Shown here: positions 53,983 to 64,000 of the stretch, piece after piece
How positions within the stretch are numbered: the first letter of the stretch is position 1
Layout of the letters: each line of letters starts with the position of its first letter
NCBI GenBank assembly: GCA_002633005.1
Contig: NMRA01000041.1
Span: 873,294-937,293, forward strand
Source of the DNA: Phoronis australis
Lineage: Eukaryota > Animalia > Phoronida
Reading direction: 5' to 3'
DNA length: 64,000 nucleotides
Program-made: the position numbers and the translations under genes
The notes under the pieces: model-generated
What the model was told of the DNA's origin: nothing
The model's input: only the letters and a program-made list of their open reading frames with translations
Databases searched by the model: none

Positions 53983-56900
53983 TCAGTTGCAACTGTCAAT
54001 GTTCATTCCTTCATCGGCCTGTTGAAGGTTGAATGAGTTACTCTCACTATTTATTCTAACATCCCGGACACATCCTTGAAACGGACGAGAGAACTTGCCA
54101 AATGTTTCCGTTTGTATGTCTCTTCCATAACCAAAACCTCCTGAAATGGACAATATATGGAACACTTAACAAACTAGTATCACTGTTGTCCTTTCAATAT
54201 GTCGGACAACAAACACAATTGCTGATAACAAATTTCTAACCTGAACACGCGTCTTCCTAAAACTGCTTTGGCGTGGTGATGCAGTAAAAATCATTTTCTG
54301 AAATCTACTGGTCTATTTACACACACACCTCTGGTCTATTTACACACACACCTCTGGTCTATTTACACACACACCTCTGGTCTATTTACACACAAACCTC
54401 TGGTCTATTTACACACACACCTCTGGTCTATTTACACAAACCTCAGGCCAATTTACATTTGACACAACGTCTCCTCTGTCATTGATGAATACAATGAAGT
54501 TTCCATGCACTCATGAGGATACAATACCCACAAGTATCACTTTATGGAATGAGCTCCAACCCAGCGCCATGGCACCAGCTCCATGTACAATGAATAGTGA
54601 AGTTCCAAACCACCAACAGTTGTGCATTTGCTTTCTTTCTGCTACGAACAAGGAAATCCCTATTTACCCGTAAAACAAATACCGGCATTGAAATACAAAG
54701 ATCCTTCGAATACAGTGCTACCTACCCAAATAAAATGCACCTCTGCTGTTCAATGCCTGAAACTTTCCAGTCACTTGACTTGTGTGTTTGTCACCATCAA
54801 GGTATAGAACAAGATCCTGGGATAACCTGAAAGGTAAACAGAACACACATTGTCACATAACATTGTTATTCTCTAAAATCCCTCCAGCAAAGGCCACAAA
54901 AAGGTCAACTAATCTGAGAGCCATGAATGCAATTATATTTCTTTTCTGGTCAACTTTAAAAAATGATGTCTCTCAACCAGTGAGGAATGATGACTATGGA
55001 AGCATTTATTGCATGTTGAACAATCTAGGTGAGGCATCTCGCATACATTTCAACCAATTTAAGAAAGTTTATAAAATCGCAGACAAAATGATTACCAAAA
55101 TTGAATTATTTTAAGTTTACTGTGGATTCTCACACTACTCTGATAATGGTAGCTTCAAAATGACAATTCACAATAATTTAATATTTGATTATTATATTTA
55201 TCTTTATGAAAAAATTAAATAAAATGTTATTTCTCCACCAACTTGTGTCCTAAATCGGCCAGATTTTACCTTACCCAAGAGTTACCCCCCTTTTTATAAC
55301 AAAACCGTAATCCGTGTCACCTTTCAATGATGACCGCATGCCAGCTCCCATCGTTGACGAAGGCAGGTGTGATGAGAATCTCACGGGAGGTCCAACCCAG
55401 GTTCCACACTAGATACAGGTGACCCCCTTGGACACCCACTCCCAGATAGTCATCGTCCTCTTGGTACAACTGAAACACACAAAGAAGTCAGTAAAACATG
55501 AGCACCATGGAAGGCTTTCATGGTCTTGACGATTTCCACTGTTCTCCAGAAGATAACGAAATATTGTTTTTAGCATTTTCACACAAAACCATTCTCTACA
55601 TACAATCGAGTGAGCGTTTTTATCGCCAACTGAAAATACATCTAGCAATTCCACACGAGAGTGTCCATGGCCCTCGATGCCAGCATTTTGGAACTGAAGA
55701 CTGGTCTCATACCCATTTGAGAAACATTGGAAAATCGTGTGAAACTTCTTCACCATTGCAAAGAAAACTCCACTATAAGGCACACGTCAGGCACTTCTCC
55801 CCTATGGTGAGAGAGGGCACTGGTGATACAAACAAAATGAAGTAGTGTGTATTAATTATATATAAATATCATACCAACAGCATGTTGCCATGACATGGCA
55901 TGTTACGTATTATCTTAAAATAAAAATGACCGAGACAAGTGTACTGTTGTGTCTTCTCCGAGCAACAACAGCAAAGTCAAACAAACCTGTCCGTTCCAGA
56001 AGATCAGACCGTCGGACGATGTGGTGGAAAAATTGAACGCTATGTACGTCACAGTCCTATTGGTCAGTGAATGGCCAGCATTCATCCAATGAAGGTAGCT
56101 GTAGGGAGACTGTAACCTGGCCCAGCTGAACTGAACGGCTATGGAAAAAATCAGATGATAATAGACAGAGCTAGCACTGTAATGAATGTGCTACGCATGT
56201 AATTACAATCAATATCTCAGATCATAAAACAATTAATAGTAAATATTACGTTTTTTGTCAATTTACATAACAAAATTCAAAAGGAAATCTATCAAATTTC
56301 AGTGAATAATTGCTGTCAATTACTGAGCAAGCAAGACAGAACACAAGAAGCAGATGATAAGATTAACAAAGTTAACAATTTAACAACGTTCTGTCTCCCC
56401 TTCCACTCACATCTGTTACAAAACTGTCCGGCCCAGCCAAGACCACATCCACACGAGTAGTTCTGAGCTTGTACATCAGGAATACAGAGGGCGCCATTAG
56501 CACATTGGTGACCCTTACAATAGATGGAGACACTGCATGTCTCTCCATAGAACATCTGCAAGTATCATTAGATGCATATACAGAGTACAGCTAAATACAT
56601 GGCAGGAAATTGATGACCCAAAAAGCTGGAAAACTTAAAGTTGCAATTCGCCACCTTAAGCTGGCTAAAACAAAATCAACTGGACCTTTTACCATCATTT
56701 TAATATAGTCCTTTCCAGGATTCCATTTTAATGACCAACAAAACCATGGAAAGCATCAGCGACTCAAAAAATCATCAGAGTTTATCGGAGTTGGCCAACC
56801 TCAAAATTGCGAATTTGTTAAAAATGCTTGTATGCACTGACTGAGACTCCAAGTTCATGACAGAAATAGAATCACCATAAAGAATATTGCAAGACTGATT

Positions 56901-59900
56901 TCAAAAGAGTAAATTGCCCAATTTGATTTTCATTTCTTAAGCCATCTAAACACTGGAAAACGCAGCTTTATTTTTTAGTGCGAGTGTAGTACCATTCCCT
57001 TAATCAAAGTCAATTTGACCTCTTTTCAGTTGACATGAAAAACATTATCGAATGTTTTTGGACATTGCACAAATTAAAATAAATCAACAGATTATAAACT
57101 CTCAAGCTCGTGAAATGACTTGTTTCGGTTTGGGCAACTTTATTTTTAATTCTAAGAAAACTAGCCAGTATTATTAACTGCTAACAGAGAAAAATGCCTC
57201 ATATGCATGTCGTAGTCAAATACAGCAAAATTTCACCAAAATCCATTTTGCTACATTGAAGTCGTGGGAAAATAAAAAGAAAAACAATAAATTACATCAT
57301 CTGGGAATTACCTTAAACATTTTTGGTCTAAAATTTTGCATCAAGAAGAGGTTATGCCAGCTTTTCGAAAATGTAGCACTAAATTAATATACTGATATTT
57401 AGTGTGGGTAATCAATGACAAAAAGTTCTTACTGAAGTGCAGGAGCAGCTGAACTGTCCATTACCACCAATGGTACAATTACCACCATTTTTGCACACAC
57501 TATAACCGCATGTGGTACCATCACAGTCGACAACGTTCAACCCTCCAGTGGCTTCTTAAACACAAAGATACAAGACACGTAATCAGCTAACTACATAAAC
57601 ACAGAAAGCATTTCAAAAAATATCAATCTTCTTTTGATTTCAATATACTGTATTCAGGACAACAGAAAGATCAAAACTGGTGGTTAAGTGTAACAGTATT
57701 TACTAAGAGTCAGTTTATGATTATCAGATATAATGGTATATATCATATTCCAACATAGGTCAACATTTCCTTGTATTGCACTGTTACCTTATAAGATGGG
57801 GAAGACGGAAAGAAGTGGAATTTCTAGGCATCAAGAAATTTCATGACTTCTAGAACACAGGGTTTATTTTTATTTGTCTTATGTGAAAAGGTATCACTGA
57901 ACGTACACCAAACGGTTTAAATTTGGAACTGATTCTATCAGTAGTAAAAATCTGACACTACCTTGCATAGTCAGCTCATAACTATGCCCGTTCACCACCA
58001 GCTCTCGCACACAACCCTCAAAGGTCACAGCCTCATTTTCAACAGCATACTTGGCCAGCTGATCAAGACTAGGGAGTCCCCCTTAATCAAACAGACAAAT
58101 TATGATGAATACAGAGCAGATTACAATCAACCAAGATTTCAACACAATGTTATGTTTCCTAACTAGACAAAGCACCATGCACAAAATTCATCACTGATCT
58201 TTTTTACAGAGCACGAACCGATGCAAGTGCCTCCTAGAGCCTAGATTTGTAGGATGCCAGAGAGCAATGATAGAGATGGGAATTCTGGGAAAGAATGTGC
58301 TTATCAAGTAAACCAATGCTCACCAAGATAGAAGTGTGTCGTTGTATCCAGTGACACCATCCCTGCGGTGTTAACCTGCGACACGTTCTGACCATTGAGT
58401 GAGAGGTAGCTCGTTTTCGCATCCTTACCCACCTCCAATACATTCCAAGTGCCTAGTAAATGCATCGAGTAAAACAATTTAGACAAGCATTCAAAAACCA
58501 TCTCTTTGCCAATATGGCCATGGCTGAAAATTGTTCTTCGGCAATTTCTAAGTAAACTTAACATGAACTAACTACGTTTTATGTTGCAGCACTCATTTTT
58601 TGGTTTTCTTGATTCTGCCTTGTTATGTAATTAATTTTTTGCAAGAAGATATGTAGACTCATCACCAAAATTATGCAAAAACAACTAGATGGACTACATG
58701 CTCCACAGAGTTCTTAACAGTCATAGCTAAAAACCACAAGAAAAATAAAAAAATTAAAATATGTAAATATGAATTCAGAATTCAGATTCCTTTTGAACAA
58801 TTAATTGGAAAACACAAATTGTAAAATGAGAAGTAAAAATGCAATATGCTGTTCAAGTTTAGCAATGCTCCTTAACACAATACCTGAGGAGTTTTCAACT
58901 GCTTGTTGGCTTCGTATGACGACCGTGGGGTAACTACCCAAATTGTACCTCATCTCCACATGACCGCCACTGAGAGTGATTGACAGGAAGTCACCACTTC
59001 GCTCGTTCAGATGTTGCGCTACATAGAAGAGTAAACCCTCCATCTTGTCCGGATGGAACTGGAGGCGAATGTTAAACCACTTGCGAATGTTCCTCGGTCG
59101 GAAGGACATGTACGAGTTCTCACCAACAAATCTCACGTCACTGAGACTGACATCTAAAGCGAAGTATCAAAAGTCCTATCAGTATTACCAGTTGTTTCAG
59201 CAAAAACATTGTATCTAAACGTAATGATAATGTAAACATTATAAAATTTGATCAATGATGGTAAACTAACTGCTTTGTATTTTACGAGTCACAGTTTTTT
59301 TGATGATATTGCAAGTTTAATACATCCACTATCTGGGGCTTGGGAGCTAACATGAACTTCATTTAAAAAGCAGAAACTAGCACAGTGCAGTGCAAGTCAG
59401 AAATAATCAGTCAATTATGACTCATCACTCACTTCTCTGGCAGCGTGGCCCAGTTCTCCCCAGGGGGCAGTCACACGTATACCCTCCTTGCGACAGGGGC
59501 ACGCAGACAGCCCCTGCTGCACAGTCATGCTGTGAGTCACAGACAGTAGAGGCCTCAGTGCATAGCTCGCCTTTCCACGGTTCAGTGCAGTTGCAGCTGA
59601 AAAGGGAGAAATGGAAAAAATGTTGAGAAATTTTAAACAGAGAAAAACAGATGAAGTTGCCTAGTTCTGTTGAACTTGCATAAAAAATTGTGAGGAAATT
59701 TTGAAATAAAGCTACTATACAGCAAATGATGAAAAAATGAGCAAGTTTTTTACTCTGAAATTTTACCGAATTTCCACAAGAAGTGATAATGTCATATAAC
59801 TCGCTACTGCAAGTCTTGACACAGTAACCTGCCACAGCCACGCTGAGCACCCCACTCAGTCAACATTACACTCGACATTTCTGCAACACAAAATACTCAG

Positions 59901-62900
59901 AGACAACATAAAGCTAAAAGGAAGGTAAATAAGATTGCTCACCACAATCCCATAACGTCTAATCACTATAGTAAGAATTCCATTCAACAACAGAACCATA
60001 ATAACACCCTCGTCATCACTGGTGGACACACTTACAAAAATGAGGATCCCAGGTCAACACAGACACCACCGTTGCTACACGGGTTGAGGTCACACTCTCT
60101 CACTTTACACTGCTGGATGTTTCTACCTGCTTCTACCTTACCCATGGGCTGCCCGGGGGCTGTAAACACACCCTCGCTACCCGTCTTCACCTCCAAGTCA
60201 TAAAGGCAACCTGGAAAGCACAAGAAATCATGTGACTTTTTAAATTTCACCATAATTTTTGTCTCATTTGATCCGGTTTTGAATTTAAGAAAGGAGTAGT
60301 TTCTTATTAGTTTCCAACAATGTTAATCAGACTTGTGAAGAAAAGGATGCAAATTTCTCAGCACAATAGGCATGATACCAAATTTTTTGATTTCTAAAAC
60401 ATTTACCATAATGGGAATACATTTTGTATTGATAAATAGGCAGGAGTTTAATAATATCACACACAAGGCTTTCTCTACGCCATAACAAAACAAGAGACAA
60501 AATATCACAGAATTTTGGTCCAAGGCCACCATCTTGCTAAGGTACACTTTGTCTAGCAAAGTCTTGCGCATATGGGCGAAACACTCGCCTTACACTGAAG
60601 ATGATTTGTGTGGTCTTGCATGCACTTGTTTTATTGCGAGTTAATTAAATCTATAAAACGTGCTCTAGCTTTTCACGCAAATTGAGATGCAAAGATGACA
60701 TTCAACATACAATTATGCATGTCAATAGCATGCTCAAGAAACAGTGCATTTCTTGTATATTCACCTTGGAAGCCGTTTGAGAAATTGACAGCAGGTGGCA
60801 GCAGGCGGAGGTCAAACATCTCATGGCCGCCTACATAGAGGTCAGATTGTAGGTTGAGGCCAAGCAAACAGCATGGACTCTGTCCAGTCATGTTGAGCTG
60901 ATCGTTGACCTTGAGCCAACCAAGTCGATTGTTGCGGCCAAACTCCACAGAATGAACCGGTAGGGAGGTGTTGAGGGGACGGGGTGATCGAATAATGACT
61001 GTACCTGGAGTGTCAAAAACAATGTCAGGCTACACAATAAACACAGGCATCCATATGAAAAATAAAGCAGTTTGGTAACTAAAAACTGTAATATGCAGAA
61101 AACTGGTGGAAAATGGACGCTCTTAAGTCCAGTCTTAGCGCAGAGTTCCGCGCTACACTGTCTTGTTCCTAGTTTATGCACAAAACTTTTTAAAAAGTCG
61201 GCTTTCTGCAAACCCAGATGTAATTTCTCGATCTAGTTGGGCCCGAAAATCATTAAATGAAGTTGAAAATTAAACCAAAAGATTGCAGTGCAATAATTCA
61301 ACCTACTCACCTGAACCCAAGTCAAACTTAAACACAACGTGACCATTCTGAATTCCAAGAACCACTAAATCATCCCCAAATGGATTTTGACCTGTCAAGA
61401 CAACAATCAAATAACAATTTGTGAATACCAAAGCAGAAGAATGCATGCAATTTTTTTATTAAACTCACTAAATAACTGGCAGAATCCAAGAGTGAAGATA
61501 CCACCAAATCAACAAACCAACAAACACAGACAATGGCATGGCGCACATTATGTAGGACAGCACAGGGCAAAAGTATTCAGACAGAACGATTCGTAATTCC
61601 CGCGTGATGATGGCTGGAAGCTGAAATCATCGCCAGAGTAGTCTCCCCTGATGACCAAGAATAAAGGGGAATTAACAAGGTGTCTAAGCCATTATGCAAT
61701 AAGTTATCATCAGTCACAGTCACTTTAACAGACTGAATTAGCCCTCATGACGAAGAAACCGTATTGTCTCTCTTACTTTTGTCTTGATTACTCGTCTTGT
61801 ACAACATCTATACATGAGTAACACATCAGTGGTTGAATGTTACATAATAATTAAATGTGTTGTCTTTAATGAGCTGCATAACTCATGAGCTATGTTGACT
61901 TGAATTACTGCAGACTGAAAGTTTCATACAGTTTATTCTTAACTGGTATCAGACAGTATTATATACATTGTTCTAAACAAAAAAACTAACCGTACACCGT
62001 TTTTATCCCATTCAAAATAGTAGCATTCTCGTGTATTTCAGAATCCCAGAAATTTTGCAGGAATCTTTTAACAAGAATTATTTCCACTACTCTGTTATAC
62101 TACTGATAATCCCGTCAAGTTCTGTAGCTCCCATAGACAGGCCATGAAAAGACATCTCTGAGACTGATAACAAAAGGCTGCAATATTGCAATTGGTCAAG
62201 AGCAATCTGGCTTGGAATTTCAATTGAGAAAACAAAGGTCAGCTCAGAAATATCTTTTTCTGGGATTAATCCTGACCAGCAAAATTTGGTAGAACTCAAA
62301 ATCCCAGAAGACTTGTGTCTCAATCCAAACATTTTTCCACGCAAAAATTTGCCAGGGATTATTTCAGGGAACTCTCATGCGGGAATGGTGCTTTCATGTT
62401 TTCAATTTCCATGAGTTTTTCACAGGTGTTCTAGTAAGATATAGTTTTCAAAATTTCGGAGTTACTTTTCCCACAAAAACCATTAATAGACAAGTATTTT
62501 TGATAAAACTCCACCTGTGATTCAAGCTTTAATAACGGAATGTATGGACTTGCGGTTTCACATTTTTTATGAATTATTAATGAATTTTAAGCATAATTCC
62601 TTTTTTTTCAATGAGCTTTCTACACTTCAAAATTGTTGTTTCACAGGTTTTCCAGGTATTACACGAGAAAAGGTAAGTACGTTTTACAGTAACGTGGCAA
62701 AGAACTAAGTATGTTATCATGAAATGCTTTCCAGAACCTCATTATGAGGTCCGGGCCACTCACCCCGTTGCCCTGTGAAGAGAATCAGACCATCACGTAG
62801 ACTGGTACCATTGTTGGGAAGGATGACCTTCAGACGCACACTGAACAGGAAGTTCATCCCTATCACCTGAGGATACATCAGGTAGGAGGAGTATCCATAG

Positions 62901-63797
62901 TGATTACCAGCAAAGGATGGGCGAGTAATGACCACGGCTGCAAACGGTAAGAAAACATGAATAAAGCTATCAATTGATAATGGGTTACATATCAAGTCAT
63001 TCCACAACAAATATCAGCTTTTTATACAAAAAATATTTACACAGCACTGCGGTAAACGCTAAAAATAACCAAACAAAATGATGACCCACTGTTCCATCAT
63101 GGCAGTTGAGTGCAAAAGGAATTCCTCGTCAAGACAGCTGAACGTAAGCAAAATTCACCATCAAAGTCACTAGAATGATGGGCAATGAATCCTCATGTCA
63201 GAGAAACAGTATTTTGTCAAATTAATATTGGTGTATACTGTCTGTAAGATAAACTTGAAGGGACACTGTGACAGCCAGGGTCAACATGACACCATGTAAA
63301 ATCTCTGCAAACTCTGTGAATTCAAGTACCACAACAAACCTGTTATTGGTACTGAATGTTTTAATTAGTCTTACGCAAATAATTATTGAAGTGTCTCAAA
63401 CGTTCAAAAACTACAATTGAAATTTGATTAAATAACTTTGCTGACATGTTTAGAGACAAGCATTACAATTGCACAATGTGGCAATACACCAAGTTAAAAT
63501 GAAAGTGCTCTAAGCAGCAACATTTTATGAGACTAAATGAACATAACAGATGAGCGTGATGATGTGATAAGGATGTAAGTCTCATAACTACCACGGCAAC
63601 ATCACATGTAACCCCTACCTTCACTGCAGTTGACTCCATGACGACCGTATGGACATAGGCAGGCATACTTCAGCTCGGTGCTGCCTATCTCAACACAAGT
63701 ACCACCATGCATACAGGGATTGCGTTCACACACCCGCCGTTCACACAGAGCGCCAGTGAAGTTACCATAGCAACGACAGAACCAGCTCTCACCATCC
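53983..63797 (-). CDS. EYS: Protein eyes shut homologue, C-terminal (EGF-EGF-LamG)x3 region; 15 exons, gene continues beyond the window end
   Basis: Phase-consistent exons 63619-63797, 62764-62937, 61311-61391, 60765-61004, 60036-60210, 59433-59596, 58884-59153, 58324-58452, 57962-58081, 57433-57554, 56411-56555, 55987-56138, 55321-55469, 54726-54826, 53983-54140. EYS-typical motifs: GLLFYVAQHLNERSGDFLSITL..G...RYNLG, GLNVVDCDGTTCGYSVCKNGG and GYSSYLMY. Confidence 0.92.
54308..54444. repeat. 21-23 bp minisatellite (ctggtctatttacacacacacct), about 6 copies, in the last EYS intron
   Basis: Read directly. Confidence 0.95.
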
Positions 63798-63888
63798 CTG
63801 CAACAAATACCAGTGAGCTTAATATTAACTTTAATAATAACTTATTGACAAATGTCATAATTAAGACTAACCATGAAAATAGGGAATA

Positions 63889-63950
63889 GTCCCGGATTTT
63901 GAGAACCAGTTTGAACCCCATTACTCAGTGGAAAAAAATGGTTCTCAAAG
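63889..63950. repeat. Short palindromic dispersed repeat (ttttgagaacc...ggttctcaaa); related copies at ~13872-13930 and ~20134-20195
   Basis: All three copies share attttgagaac..gttt and end in a matching or degenerate tggttctcaaa. Confidence 0.55.
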
Positions 63951-64000
63951 TGCCGAACCTCTATGAGTGAAGATATTTTCTACGTTTCAAAGGCACTTTA

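Noticed and set aside
53983-63797. Agrin, perlecan or crumbs instead of EYS
   Set aside because: EYS-typical motifs (AQHL...SGDFL, DCDGTTCG) are present and the protein ends after the last LamG with no transmembrane segment

Overview
This is AT-rich, intron-rich animal (invertebrate, probably marine lophotrochozoan/mollusc-like) genomic DNA, not prokaryotic, so most entries in the ORF track are spurious. Spliced genes reconstructed by hand: (1) the first coding exon of a fatty-acid-binding protein gene (minus, 3662-3731); (2) a complete 19-coding-exon PARG gene (minus, 11025-27035, about 758 aa); (3) a frameshifted THAP-domain ORF abutting a decayed non-LTR retrotransposon fragment across a single-N join (31.0-32.4 kb); (4) two tandem paralogues encoding small, probably secreted PAN/apple+WSC proteins, one intact and one frameshifted (33.0-40.0 kb); (5) MRTO4 (plus, 45757-51288, first exon not visible and probably in the 723-N gap); (6) the 3' 15 exons of an eyes-shut (EYS) gene (minus, 53983 to beyond the window end). 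Repeats include two Helentron-associated (HINE-like) elements built of ~145-165 bp units that each carry a CTCF-consensus-like motif, TTAA-flanked TIR elements, a hAT-like MITE, tRNA-headed SINEs and minisatellites. The 1.7-kb-period duplication at the window start is probably a haplotype/assembly artefact. The best leads are the CTCF-motif array element, the NLS-PIP-SUMO-SIM-VIM module in the PARG N-terminus, the PAN-WSC gene pair and an orphan TATA-driven first exon. No CRISPR, rRNA or true tRNA gene was seen. All coordinates were read by eye and no database search was run.
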